A stretch of 34,729 nt of DNA from Coprothermobacterota bacterium (GCA_026389425.1 JAPLHW010000149.1:1-34729), one strand, 5' to 3'; positions 24,167 through 34,226 are shown, counted from the stretch's first letter. Notes: a model not told the origin generated them from the sequence alone. Program-made: numbers and translations.

Positions 24167-26734
24167 TCATGGATTAGCCCAGACTAACTCCAACCCCCCA
24201 GTGAGGGCTTTTAACCAGAAACCGAGCTTGTTCGGGAAAATGTCGCCGGTCCCCAGCGAAACATAGGCGGAGCTGTTCCAGGCCAGAGGCGCTGAGGCCA
24301 ACAAGCCTCGGCTCAGCGCTTCATCCAGGGTCATCGTCTCGCCGCCGTCGCGCAGGATCACGCAATTCCAGGCCACATCATTGGTGAAGGGATTGCCCAG
24401 TAGGTTCCAACCGTTCCCCAACGCAGTCGAATAGCCGGGAGCGGCCAGTGGCGCCCCGGACAAAAACAAGGTATTGGAGGCCGACTTCAGCCAGTAGGCG
24501 GCGCCGGGTTGCAGCACCAACTGGGAGCGCCCCAGGTAGCAGGCGTGCAGGGCGTCCCAGCCGAAGATCAGCCAACCAGGAGGAAGCGCCCGCTCGGCTT
24601 GCGCGGGGAATAACCGCAGCGGCACCGTGAGGAGGTTCCATCCCGGTGTCAGCAGATATCCCAAAGTGGTCTGGTAGGTTAATCCCCAGCAATCGTTGCA
24701 CAAGTGGGATTGAAGCTCGCCGCTAGCTTGAGGAGAGGGATTGAACCCGCCGAAGATCAGGCATTGATCAAGGGAGGAATCATAAACCATGGCCATCCCG
24801 ATCTCAGTGGGGGGCGCTGCAGTGGTGGCGAGCTGCTCCCATCGATTCGTGGCCGGATCGTAGCTCCAGGTGTCGTTGCAGAGGGTCCACTCCTCTTTCT
24901 TCTCATCCGGATGCTGTCCACCGAACAGCACTAGCTTTCCCCGGGTGGAATCCCAAGCCATGGCGAAGGCCGCACGTGTGCTGGGATGCTCTCCGATTGG
25001 ATGCAGCCGGGTCCACTGTCGGAGAGAGAAGTCGAACGACCAAAGGTCGCTCATGCCGGAGTTGGCGGCTTCGGGGTTCGATCCGCCGAACAGCAGAACC
25101 TTCTTTTCCTGATCGTCCCAGACCATCTTGTGCCAGATGCGGGGAGTAGGTCCAGTGGGGAGATTGAGCTCTGTCCAAGCCTGAGTAGAGGGTTCGAAGA
25201 GCCAGGTATCGCCGAATACATGGTGCTTGTCGTGTCCGCCGAAGAGGAGTAGTTCACCCGTCTCCAGATTGGTGGCTATGGCGGCGGACATGCGGGCCAG
25301 AGGAGGATTCTGGGCCGGTATTTGCGCCCAGACGCCGCTGGGGGACAAGGTCCAGAGGTCGTTTTGATAGGGCAGAGCGCCCCCGAAGACGATGGCGGCA
25401 TCCCAAAACGAAGAGTAGAGGAAGCAGGCGCCCTGGCGGGCGCTAGGCCCTGAATCCGTTTCCGGCAGAACCGACCAGTTGTTGCCCCGGACGTTATAGA
25501 TACAGGTTTCCCCGCTGTTCTGTTCCAAGAGGCCGTCGTAGGTGGGAAACCCGCCTCCGAAGACCAAGAAGCGGCCGCGCTGGACATCGTAGGCGCCATC
25601 GATCCAAGAGCGGGCGCTGGGTGGATCGCCTTCGTCAAGGCGGCGCCAAACGAGGAGGGACTCGTCGCAGGCCCATGTCTCATTGGAGTTTCCCCACCCT
25701 TTGGCCTCATCGAGGACGCCGCCAAAGAGCACGAACCGCCCCCCCCGTCGGTCGCAGGCCAATCCGGCAAAAAAGGAAACGCTGGGCGACCCTTCGGTGG
25801 GAAGGAGGGTCCACTGGCAGCCGGTGAAATCGAAGAGGTACGTCTGGTGGAAGACATCGGTAGTGGCCAAGTCTCGACCGCCATAGAGGACGACCTTCCC
25901 CGCTGCCGGTAAGGTAGACATGACATGACCGGCACGGGGCGCAGGCGCCTGGAAGGGTGAGACCTCTGCCCAGACATTGGTGGAGGGATCGTAGATCCAA
26001 GTATCGCCCAAGGAAACCTGTCCCGTGAATCCGCCGAAGAGGAGGACCTTGCCGCTCTGCGGATCGAAGCTCATGGCGGAATAGACTCTGGCTGGAGGGG
26101 GATTGATGGGATCCAACTGGGTCCATTCACCGATGGTGGGATTAAAGGACCAGGTGTCGTTCAGCGTTTGATAGTCCCAGTGCTCCGCTGAATCACGGCC
26201 CCCGAAGAGGATCACCCGATCCCCCGCCCAAACCATCGAGTGCCCGCCCCTCGCCGCAGGCCACGCCTGGGGAGACAAGGCGCGCCAGCTTTTCCCGGGG
26301 AGGTCCAACAGACAGGTGTCATCGAGGACCGCCCCCGCTGAGGAAACCCCTCCGAAGATGAGCGCCGTTTGGCTGTCGCCCAGGAAGACCAGCGGGCACT
26401 CCAAGCGCGGGGAGGGCGGATTGTCCGCCGTCAGCGGTTCCCACGCGGATACCCCGGGAGCCAAGGTCCAAAGGTCATTGAGGTCATAAGGTTTCATGCT
26501 ACTCCCGCCGAACACCACTATTCGCCCGGATACCGGATCGGTGTCCATCCCGAAATTGCTCCGCGGGTCCATCAGCGATCCGCTGCGCAGGCTCCAGGAA
26601 GGCACGATACCGCTCGCCCGCACCACTTCAGGGGAGGAAGTCGACACCGCAAGAGTCGAGAGGGGGGAGGCTAACAGCAGACAGAGCACCAGAAAGAGCG
26701 AACTGCTGGATTGAATTACAGAACGAGCCATCAT
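24167..26734 (-). CDS. Secreted Kelch-repeat beta-propeller protein with a C-terminal GWNL-repeat domain
   Basis: Signal peptide; about 12 repeats of P.PR...M.yD...llFGG...DTW.yd...W; two GWNL motifs in the C-terminus. Confidence 0.88.
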   Translation of the reverse strand: MMARSVIQSSSSLFLVLCLLLASPLSTLAVSTSSPEVVRASGIVPSWSLRSGSLMDPRSNFGMDTDPVSGRIVVFGGSSMKPYDLNDLWTLAPGVSAWEPLTADNPPSPRLECPLVFLGDSQTALIFGGVSSAGAVLDDTCLLDLPGKSWRALSPQAWPAARGGHSMVWAGDRVILFGGRDSAEHWDYQTLNDTWSFNPTIGEWTQLDPINPPPARVYSAMSFDPQSGKVLLFGGFTGQVSLGDTWIYDPSTNVWAEVSPFQAPAPRAGHVMSTLPAAGKVVLYGGRDLATTDVFHQTYLFDFTGCQWTLLPTEGSPSVSFFAGLACDRRGGRFVLFGGVLDEAKGWGNSNETWACDESLLVWRRLDEGDPPSARSWIDGAYDVQRGRFLVFGGGFPTYDGLLEQNSGETCIYNVRGNNWSVLPETDSGPSARQGACFLYSSFWDAAIVFGGALPYQNDLWTLSPSGVWAQIPAQNPPLARMSAAIATNLETGELLLFGGHDKHHVFGDTWLFEPSTQAWTELNLPTGPTPRIWHKMVWDDQEKKVLLFGGSNPEAANSGMSDLWSFDFSLRQWTRLHPIGEHPSTRAAFAMAWDSTRGKLVLFGGQHPDEKKEEWTLCNDTWSYDPATNRWEQLATTAAPPTEIGMAMVYDSSLDQCLIFGGFNPSPQASGELQSHLCNDCWGLTYQTTLGYLLTPGWNLLTVPLRLFPAQAERALPPGWLIFGWDALHACYLGRSQLVLQPGAAYWLKSASNTLFLSGAPLAAPGYSTALGNGWNLLGNPFTNDVAWNCVILRDGGETMTLDEALSRGLLASAPLAWNSSAYVSLGTGDIFPNKLGFWLKALTGGLELVWANP

Positions 26735-26946
26735 CTCACCAACCTTTCTCTACTTTTTCAGATTGTCGATAAATCATGATAACACGCTATCGAAAGCCAA
26801 TGAGCCCAACCTACGAGGTTACGCTGTCGTCAACCCGTTCACTTCACTGCCTCGTGCTCTTGCCGCTCTCCTGTAGTAATTGGGGAAACCACTCGGCAAG
26901 ACCCCCGGAGAGATGTCAAATCTGGGTTGAGCACGTATGATAAAAC

Positions 26947-27789
26947 ATGATGATCCTATATAGCCTGCGGCCTGAACAACAAGAGAGAATGAGCGTCTTC
27001 ACCAGCCGGGCCTTCATGACTACTTCAACGGTAGTGATCACTCTAAACCTGGTCCTGGTGGTAGACCCTGCCTACTTTCCGGACGAGATCGCCGAGATCC
27101 GCCAATTCGTCGAATCACATCTGGAGGAGCACCAGCTTTACCTCCTTTTCACCCACTCCGATTGGGATCACATTGCTGGATTCCCGCTTTTCCCGGAGGC
27201 GGTCATAGTGGCATCCCAGGCTTTCCTCGACAACCCCGACCGGACACAACAGATTGATCTGCTGCGCGACTTCGATGCCCACAATCAGATTCTGCGCCCC
27301 TATCCTCTCGCCTATCCGTCGGTTGGGATGGCCATTCGAGAGGAACGGGAGGAGCTTTCCCTGGGGGGCAATCGGCTAATCCTCTTTCAAGCCAAGGGAC
27401 ATACGGAGGATGGCCTCTTTGCCCTGCTCGACCCGCCCGGCCTTTTTCTGGCCGGCGATTACCTCTCGGATATCGAGATTCCCTATGTCTTCCATTCCAG
27501 CGCAGCTTACGAACGGACCATGCTCTTGGCGTCAGCCATTCTCGAGGAATTCCCCGTCCGCCTGCTGGTGCCGGGACATGGTCATCCCACCACCGACGTC
27601 GGCGAGATGAAGAGAAGGGTGGAAAGCTCGCTTCGCTATCTGCGTTCACTGCGAGAAGGGGTGCGGCGGGCGGATGAGGAGGCAATTGAGCGCGTCCTGT
27701 CCGAGACGGGCTTCGGTTCGGACTTCGAGACAGCCCACCGTGAAAACGCCCAGCGAATTGAGCAGGAGTTGCGCAGTGAAGCCCCCTGA
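26947..27789 (+). CDS. MBL-fold metallo-hydrolase
   Basis: THSDWDH, GHTED, AGDYLSD, VPGHG. Confidence 0.88.
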   Translation: MMILYSLRPEQQERMSVFTSRAFMTTSTVVITLNLVLVVDPAYFPDEIAEIRQFVESHLEEHQLYLLFTHSDWDHIAGFPLFPEAVIVASQAFLDNPDRTQQIDLLRDFDAHNQILRPYPLAYPSVGMAIREEREELSLGGNRLILFQAKGHTEDGLFALLDPPGLFLAGDYLSDIEIPYVFHSSAAYERTMLLASAILEEFPVRLLVPGHGHPTTDVGEMKRRVESSLRYLRSLREGVRRADEEAIERVLSETGFGSDFETAHRENAQRIEQELRSEAP

Positions 27790-28226
27790 AATCGAGGTGC
27801 TTCCAGCAACGTGGAGTTCCCGGTGAATCGCCGTTCTTGCGATTCATTGAGGTGTATTCGCCGAACGCTGGGGTGATCTGGAGGGCTTGTTTGGGTAGCA
27901 AGGCGCCTATTCAGTGTGTTGGATTCGTCGAAGTCGGACACGCATCTCAGGCTCAGCGCATCATGCGAGACACGATTCACAGACAGGGCTTACCGGTGGG
28001 CAGGTTGCCGAGCAAACCTTTCCCTGGATCCGCTCCCTTTCACCTGGAAGCTTGCAAGGCCTGATCGAGCGGTTGTCAATTGTTGTCTGGATCGGCGGAA
28101 TCGTGCCATCCGAGTTGAACCTCAGGCGCTTCCGGACTATGATCTGCGTCAATGCGATCGTTATAGACCTCCGGTCGACCCGGGGAGAGTTCGCCGGATG
28201 TGACCCGTTCATAAGGAGGAAGTAGC

Positions 28227-28733
28227 GTGTTGGAGACGGATCTGGAAGTATTTATTGCTAGAGCTTGTGAACTCGGGGCCGTGGAAGCGAAGTTGATCCT
28301 GGCCACAAGCGTGGTCACAGCGTCCTGGGTGAGGATGAAGTGCCGGTTTGGATGTGGAAGCTATAACACAAGCCATTGCTGTCCTCCCAATACACCTACT
28401 CATCGGGAGACGCAGGAGATTCTCAATTGCTACCACCGCGCCCTGCTCATCCGATGTGCAAATGACGAGATTCCCACCATGATCGTTACCAGGTTGGAAC
28501 GGGAGATCTTCTTGGCCGGCTATTATAAGGCGCTCGGGCTTGGAGCTGGACCTTGTAATCTTTGCGAGAAATGCAATCCCACAAGATGCCTGCACCCGAA
28601 GGAGACTCGTCCTTCCATGGAGTCTTGCGGCATTGATGTCTTTGCGACGGTTCGTGCCAACGGGTACCCGATCGATGTTCTCGTGGATCGCTCCTGCGGC
28701 GAGAACAGCTACGGCCTTGTCTTGATCGATTAA
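28227..28733 (+). CDS. DUF2284-like predicted metal-binding protein
   Basis: SD AAGGAGG; KCRFGC..Y....CCPP, GPCNLCEKC, RPSMESCGIDV. Confidence 0.85.
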   Translation: MLETDLEVFIARACELGAVEAKLILATSVVTASWVRMKCRFGCGSYNTSHCCPPNTPTHRETQEILNCYHRALLIRCANDEIPTMIVTRLEREIFLAGYYKALGLGAGPCNLCEKCNPTRCLHPKETRPSMESCGIDVFATVRANGYPIDVLVDRSCGENSYGLVLID

Positions 28734-28747
28734 TTCAACGGCTTATT

Positions 28748-29833
28748 TCAATCCGCTTGGCCATTCTTGTCTTTCCAGTCGCTTGCCAATTGCGCCAGTG
28801 ACCAGGCGGCCTGTTCAGAGAGGACCGGATCGGGGTGGCCCAGGAAGGGGCGGATGCTCTCCTCAATGGCCGATTCGGCGCTATTTCCAGCCGCCACCAG
28901 GCAATTGCGCAAAAAGCGCGGGAAAGGGAGACGTCCGAGGGTGTGACCAGTGAAAGCGGCTTGGAAATGGGACTCATCCATAGCCAAAGAGGAGGGGATG
29001 GAGAGCTTCCAACCGGGTCCGGGCGGCATGTCGCCACTGTGAAAGGGCATAGGTGGAGCTTCCTGGTTGAAAGGGCAGACTTCCTGGCAGACGTCGCAGC
29101 CGACCAGTCTGTGTCCCAACGCCGGCTGCGCCCAATCGGAGAAAGGGCCTGGCTGGTGCAAGGTGAGGGTGTCCAGGCAGCGCTCGGCGCGAAGACGGAA
29201 GAAGGGGGCGACGGGGTGGATCGTACCGCTCTCGTTTTCCTCCAGGGCTCCAGTGGGACAAGCTTCCAAGCAGAGCCTGCAATCACCGCAACGGCGGGCT
29301 GGGGCACACTCGAGCTGCCCCTGCGAGCACCCCCTCGAGCGAAGTGAAGGGCCTGACCCAGAGGTTTCATCAGCCTCCAGCTCTTCCCCCAAGAGCAGCT
29401 CACCGAGGAGTAGACGCGATCCCCAGGTCGGGTGAAAGAGCAATGTGTTCCTCCCGCGCCATCCCAACCCGCTTCGCCATGCCCAGGCTTTCTCCTGCAG
29501 GGGTCCCTCCACCAGGATCTTTACCCGCAGGCCGGGGAGTTGTTCGCGCAAAGCCTTGGCAATGCAATGTAACCTTTCCTTCAATGTCCCATACCAATCA
29601 TAAGCGGCGAAGGCAGCGATCCTTCCTTCCAGCAAGCCAGGTGGTGCCGCGGGAGCCGGGTAAGGGAGGGCGAAAGAAACTACAGTACGAGCCCAAGGAA
29701 ACCGTTGTCGGGGGTCGATCCAATCCCCTGGTTCGTCTTCTTCCTCCATCACTGCTCGAATCGGGACCCAGGCGACAGCCAACCCTTTCTTTGCAGCACC
29801 CTCGAGGAGGAGCGCCGGCAGCGGGGAGGTCAT
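28748..29833 (-). CDS. queG: Epoxyqueuosine reductase QueG
   Basis: EKAWAWRSGLGW.GRN, GS.LLLGE, CGDCRLCLEACP, GCDVCQEVCPFN, RN..VA.GN and a HEAT-like tail; ATG at 29833 after GGAGG. Confidence 0.85.
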   Translation of the reverse strand: MTSPLPALLLEGAAKKGLAVAWVPIRAVMEEEDEPGDWIDPRQRFPWARTVVSFALPYPAPAAPPGLLEGRIAAFAAYDWYGTLKERLHCIAKALREQLPGLRVKILVEGPLQEKAWAWRSGLGWRGRNTLLFHPTWGSRLLLGELLLGEELEADETSGSGPSLRSRGCSQGQLECAPARRCGDCRLCLEACPTGALEENESGTIHPVAPFFRLRAERCLDTLTLHQPGPFSDWAQPALGHRLVGCDVCQEVCPFNQEAPPMPFHSGDMPPGPGWKLSIPSSLAMDESHFQAAFTGHTLGRLPFPRFLRNCLVAAGNSAESAIEESIRPFLGHPDPVLSEQAAWSLAQLASDWKDKNGQAD

Positions 29834-29849
29834 GGGCGACACCTCCAGG

Positions 29850-30656
29850 CTAATGCTGGCAGCGAGGGCAGAAGTAAGCTCCTCGCCCCTCCAGCTCGAA
29901 GCGGATGATTTTTCCAGGACAGCGCGGACAGGGCTGTCCACCTTTGCCGTGTACGCGGAGGTAAGAGCGAACCTCTCCGCGGATTCCCGCACTCATTCCC
30001 TGGATCGATTGAGCTGTTGCCCAGCGCAGGGTATCGGGAATGCACTTGGCCAAGAGGTCCCGCTCCTGGGCGTTAAGGTCGCGACTCTTGCGGGTGGGGA
30101 GGAGGCGAGCACAAAAAAGGATCTCGTCAGAAAACGCATTTCCAATCCCGTTGACCAGTCGCTGTTCCATCAGCACGAATTTCACCGTGCCGGGGTAGGA
30201 CTGCAGCATTTTCTGCAGATACGATGAAGTAAAAGCCGCTTCCAGCGGATCCGGTCCCAGTGAGCGCAGTTCGGCGTAGTTCTGGAGACCTCCCGGGGGG
30301 AGGTAGGTTAAGCGCATCCAGCCAGCACGGTCAAGGAAACGCAGCTCTTGATCCCCTTTGAAACGAAGGGCTGCCACGGTGGATTTCTCCGGGGCTTGTG
30401 AGGAGGAAACCCAGTCCATCTCCCCGTGCAGCATCAGGTGAATCGACAAAGTTGCACCACCTGCCAACAGGAAAAGAGTGAACTTACCTTGACGTTGTAC
30501 TTCGCCTACCACCTCCCCCACCAGGCCGGCAACGAATTCCTCACTGGTCGGAAAGACCCGTTTGGGGCGGAACACCTGAACTGCTTCGATGCAGTTCCCC
30601 TTAACTTTCGGGATCAAGTTGTGGAGGATCGCCTCCAAATCTGGAAGTTCGGGCAT
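29850..30656 (-). CDS. mutM: Fpg/Nei-family DNA glycosylase (MutM)
   Basis: N-terminal PELP, RQGK, LGPDPL, H2TH motif GIGNAFSDEIL, and C-terminal zinc finger CPRC...CPRCQ. Confidence 0.9.
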   Translation of the reverse strand: MPELPDLEAILHNLIPKVKGNCIEAVQVFRPKRVFPTSEEFVAGLVGEVVGEVQRQGKFTLFLLAGGATLSIHLMLHGEMDWVSSSQAPEKSTVAALRFKGDQELRFLDRAGWMRLTYLPPGGLQNYAELRSLGPDPLEAAFTSSYLQKMLQSYPGTVKFVLMEQRLVNGIGNAFSDEILFCARLLPTRKSRDLNAQERDLLAKCIPDTLRWATAQSIQGMSAGIRGEVRSYLRVHGKGGQPCPRCPGKIIRFELEGRGAYFCPRCQH

Positions 30657-30668
30657 CTCCCGCGTTCC

Positions 30669-31967
30669 TTAGAAGAGGCTGATTTGAGCAGACACCCGAA
30701 GCCTCTCCTCGTGTCGTTCGCGCGGGATGAGGATCTGTCCGGAGCGTCCGTCATAACCCGGCACCAGTTGAATTCCGCCGCTGCGTACTTTGGCGATAGC
30801 CTGCACCACAGCCGGGCTGGTGACTTTCTCCAGGTAGGAGAGGGGGATGTCCAAGAGTACGTTCAGTTCATTGCCGAAAGCCTGCACAAGCCGTAACACC
30901 TCGTTTTCCACCAGGGAGGCCACGGACTGTAAGTGCAGGGCTTGGGAGAGGATCTCCCGCAACGGCATCAGATGGGTGAAGGGGATGGCACCCGGTGGGG
31001 TCTCCTGCGCAGGACGGTCGGCCAGCTCTTCCACCCGTTGCAGCACACCCACCGAGAGGGGGCGCTCACAGACCGGACAAACATCAGTAGGGGCAGTACC
31101 TTCACGGCTGACCGCAGGCGGTTGTTCAGCTCCCAAGCTGGACTGGCTTCGTTGCGGGGGAAGAGAGACGCGGCAACCGCGGTGGCCATTGTAATGGTAT
31201 TTGCTTACTTGGGGATAGTACTCCAGTGTGTACAGCAACCTCTGCGGGTCTCGGCTGTAGAGGGTGTCGCGGAGTTCACCGAAGGAGAGGGGGGCATTGA
31301 AGATCGTTGCCTCACGCCCCAAAGAACGGGGGTCGCGGGCATCCGAGCTGGAGAGGAGGGTCTTCCCCTGCAAATTACTCAGGCGCCAAGCCATCGGAGG
31401 GTCGGAAGCCAATCCAGTCTCCAGGATGGGAACCTCGACTGCGTCTTCACCGAAACATTCCTCCAGCGAGTTGAAACCGGCCTGCGCGCTAAGCAGCGAA
31501 TTGAGCGGGTTCCAGATGTGGGCAGGAACCAAGAAGGTTTCCGGAGAGAGATCCTTTAGCAGCTTCAGCAGGTCACGCGCGGCAATGGAGAGGATCGGCA
31601 CCCCGTCCAGGGAGAGCGAGCCGTAACGGCGTAAACGCTGGCGTATACGCAGCGCTACTTCCAGGCTGGGTGCGAAAATCAGGTTGTGCATCTTCCGTCC
31701 CCGCCCCTTTTGGCTGAAGAAGCTAGAGACTTCCGCAGTGAGCACGAAGAGGGTTCCCTTATACTCGTAGAGCCCCTCTAATGCCGCTGGTCGCAGCATC
31801 TCCTTCAGCTCGAGGAACCAGGCGGGATGGGTGAAATCGCCGGTACCAAGGAGAGATAGCCCTTTCAGCTTGGCGAAGTGGGCCATCTGGTCCAGGGTCA
31901 TCTCCGCGCTGGCGCCGCGCGTGTAGCGGGAATGGACGTGAAAATCGCAGGCGAATCGGGTTCCCAT
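30669..31967 (-). CDS. PHP-domain endonuclease Q-like (TIGR00375-type) protein
   Basis: DFHVHSRY, KGL.LLGTGDFTHP.W, PAHIW.P, ETGL.SDP.M.WR, LGREAT, KYH..GHR.C, CPVC, GV..RVEELADR, PGYDG. Start could lie up to 69 nt upstream. Confidence 0.88.
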   Translation of the reverse strand: MGTRFACDFHVHSRYTRGASAEMTLDQMAHFAKLKGLSLLGTGDFTHPAWFLELKEMLRPAALEGLYEYKGTLFVLTAEVSSFFSQKGRGRKMHNLIFAPSLEVALRIRQRLRRYGSLSLDGVPILSIAARDLLKLLKDLSPETFLVPAHIWNPLNSLLSAQAGFNSLEECFGEDAVEVPILETGLASDPPMAWRLSNLQGKTLLSSSDARDPRSLGREATIFNAPLSFGELRDTLYSRDPQRLLYTLEYYPQVSKYHYNGHRGCRVSLPPQRSQSSLGAEQPPAVSREGTAPTDVCPVCERPLSVGVLQRVEELADRPAQETPPGAIPFTHLMPLREILSQALHLQSVASLVENEVLRLVQAFGNELNVLLDIPLSYLEKVTSPAVVQAIAKVRSGGIQLVPGYDGRSGQILIPRERHEERLRVSAQISLF

Positions 31968-32048
31968 ACGTTGATACTCCGAGCCAAAGTGTAGCATGAA
32001 TGAAGGAGCCGGTTGAGGTTCGCCGACAAAGAGCACAGCCCTGCTTTC

Positions 32049-32077
32049 TTGAAGGGAAGGGGGCTGTCGTTTATAAT
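32049..32077 (+). promoter_or_regulatory. Sigma70 promoter of the tRNA gene
   Basis: TTGAAG-17 nt-TATAAT followed by a GC-rich discriminator, just upstream of the tRNA. Confidence 0.75.
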
Positions 32078-32093
32078 GAGCGCGCTTTCCAGC

Positions 32094-32185
32094 GGAGAGG
32101 TGGCTGAGTCGGCTGAAGGCACCCGCCTGGAAAGCGGGTAGGCGTTTACCGCGCCTCGCGGGTTCGAATCCCGCCCTCTCCGCCA
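32094..32185 (+). tRNA. tRNA-Ser (anticodon GGA)
   Basis: Acceptor stem GGAGAGG/CCTCTCC, anticodon arm CCCGC-CT-GGA-AA-GCGGG, long variable arm, GGTTCGAATCC T-loop, encoded GCCA end. Confidence 0.97.
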
Positions 32186-32284
32186 GTCGAACGATTTAGG
32201 GTGCTCGCTTCATTCCTGCTAATCACAGAGGAGAGATCAGGTTGGCGCTCTACCTCGACGGTTTCCTCGTTTCCTTCCCGCCGT

Positions 32285-32800
32285 CTACTCCGGAAGCGGC
32301 TTTCTCCTTTCTAGCCAGGCTTGTAATTGGCGCAAATGAGCCTGGTTGTGCTCGTAAGCATTGCTGGCGATGACCGCCCACGGTTGCCAATCGGGGGGCA
32401 TCCCCTGGAAACGGCTAGGGTCGAAGAGGTCTTCCTCCGGTAGGGATTCCAAGAAGCCCAGGAGTTGATTGAAGGTTCCTCTCGCCTCTTCGCGGGTCTT
32501 TTCTAATGAACGCTCCCGGTTCTCCAGCCTGGGACCGCCGCACCCCAGTGCGGCATCGGAGGACAGGCACACTTTCTCGATTCACACCCGACGATTTGGC
32601 CCAGGTATGTTTGGCGTCTGGAGGACGCCGACCATCTCCCGCTGGTACCAGCTAAGGTGGGCGATGAGATCCTTCACCATCCAGTTTCCCCCGCTGGCCA
32701 CTCCCGCCACCTCCATCTCTTCAAGCGGGATTTCGGCCAACGCCGACTCCCATCGTTGGTGCTCTTCTCTTACCAGATCCAGAAAATCCGCTTTGGTCAA
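32285..32800 (-). pseudogene. DinB-superfamily (ClbS/DfsB-like) four-helix protein interrupted by an in-frame TGA at 32582-32584
   Basis: TTG start after GAGGAGGG. The N-half (W.VKDLIAHL.W) and C-half (NAYEH..AH) are in the same frame, separated by one TGA. Confidence 0.7.
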
Positions 32801-32870
32801 GGCGCCCTCCTCTGTCTTCGATATTGGCACGACACTACGCGATAACTGCCAAGGATGAATCCCAACTTGG

Positions 32871-34226
32871 TTAGCGCCGTTCATGTGACTTTTCAGGAGG
32901 TGAGGAAGCGGGGGCGATAGTGGAGGCGGCCAACGGCAGCGAACAGTGCGCCTTCCGGCCCAGTGGAGGTGGCACGGTCAGGGTGAAGGGGCGAAGAACC
33001 AGCAGCGAGGCGACCAAGGCAATCGCTTGAATGGCCGCGCCCGTCCAGAAGGAGAGGGTGGGATAGATGTCGTAGGAGAATCCCGCCCAGAGCGGACCGA
33101 CCGTGCGCCCCAGGGATTGAAAGGAGTTGCCCAACCCAAGAGCGGTTCCCTGCCCGGTGGTAGCACGCTTGGAGATGAGGGTGTTGACGGTGGGACCCAG
33201 CAAGGTGCTGCCGATGATGTAGATGCCGGTGGAGGCGAAGAGCCCCCACAGGCTGGGCATCACAGCCATGCCAATGAAGCCTACGACACTGATGGCCAGA
33301 CCGGTCTGCATCAGTCGCTCCTCCCCGAATCGCCGGACCAGGGGAGCAAAAAGGATCCCTTGCTGGATCACCGAGAGGATGCCGATCACTCCCATCCAGA
33401 TTCCCAACTGAGAGGGCCCGATGGCGTATCGGTCCTGAGCGTACAACCCCAGCACGCTCTCCATGTTAGACATGGCGAAAGCCACCAGGAATGCCATGAC
33501 GAAAAGGAATGCGGTGGGACCCCTGCGCACAGCTTGCCACAGTTGGCTGAACTGGCTGGCCTGGCGCCCTCTGACCTTCTCTCTGGCACTCGTCGCCAAT
33601 GACTCGGGAAGCACGAAGATGATGAAGGGGATCAGTAACAGAGCTAAGAAGGCGCTGAAGAAGAAGGGGATGGAAAGATTGATGGCAGCTCCGCTGGAAG
33701 CGTCCGTCGTCACTTGCATCAAGCCAGCCAACCAGGCTGGTAGGATTGGGTTCCATTTGGTCAAGACTCCTCCCAGAAAGGGGCCGAAGATCATTCCCAC
33801 CCCCATGGCAGCACCCATCAAGCCCATCCCCCCGGAGCGTCTCTCTAGGCTGGTGGTGTCGGCTACATAAGCGGTGGCGGTGGGCAATGTGGCCGAGGAT
33901 AGGATCCCGGCGACGGTACGGGCAGCTATGAAGACCCAGATATTCGGGGAGATAGCCTGCATGATGAAGGCGATGGAATACCCGGCAATGCCGATCAGCA
34001 AGACCGGCTTACGCCCGATACGATCCGAGAGGCGCCCCCAGAAAGGAGCAAAGAGGAATTGCATGAGGGAGTAGACAGCCATCATCAGCCCCAATTGGCT
34101 GCCGCTGGCCCCGAAATGGGTGATGAAAGAGGGCATCAGCGGCATCACGATGCCGAAGCCCAGCATGACGATGACCAACACGAAGAGCAGGATGGAGATG
34201 GCGACGGAGGGTGATTTGCTGGTCAT
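32871..34226 (-). CDS. MFS transporter, DHA1/TetA-like
   Basis: Motif A WGRLSDRIGRKPVL, AYVAD.T, G...GP.LGG; about 12 TM segments. Confidence 0.92.
   Translation of the reverse strand: MTSKSPSVAISILLFVLVIVMLGFGIVMPLMPSFITHFGASGSQLGLMMAVYSLMQFLFAPFWGRLSDRIGRKPVLLIGIAGYSIAFIMQAISPNIWVFIAARTVAGILSSATLPTATAYVADTTSLERRSGGMGLMGAAMGVGMIFGPFLGGVLTKWNPILPAWLAGLMQVTTDASSGAAINLSIPFFFSAFLALLLIPFIIFVLPESLATSAREKVRGRQASQFSQLWQAVRRGPTAFLFVMAFLVAFAMSNMESVLGLYAQDRYAIGPSQLGIWMGVIGILSVIQQGILFAPLVRRFGEERLMQTGLAISVVGFIGMAVMPSLWGLFASTGIYIIGSTLLGPTVNTLISKRATTGQGTALGLGNSFQSLGRTVGPLWAGFSYDIYPTLSFWTGAAIQAIALVASLLVLRPFTLTVPPPLGRKAHCSLPLAASTIAPASSPPEKSHERR

Noticed and set aside
23631-24170. ORFs with PRTIVL / PRQHDS / CCLGLS repeats
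   Set aside because: They are translations of the 18-bp tandem repeat in different frames, overlap real genes and lack an SD.
32094-32185. tRNA-Ser as integration site of an island
   Set aside because: No integrase and no duplicated tRNA 3' end is visible in the window.
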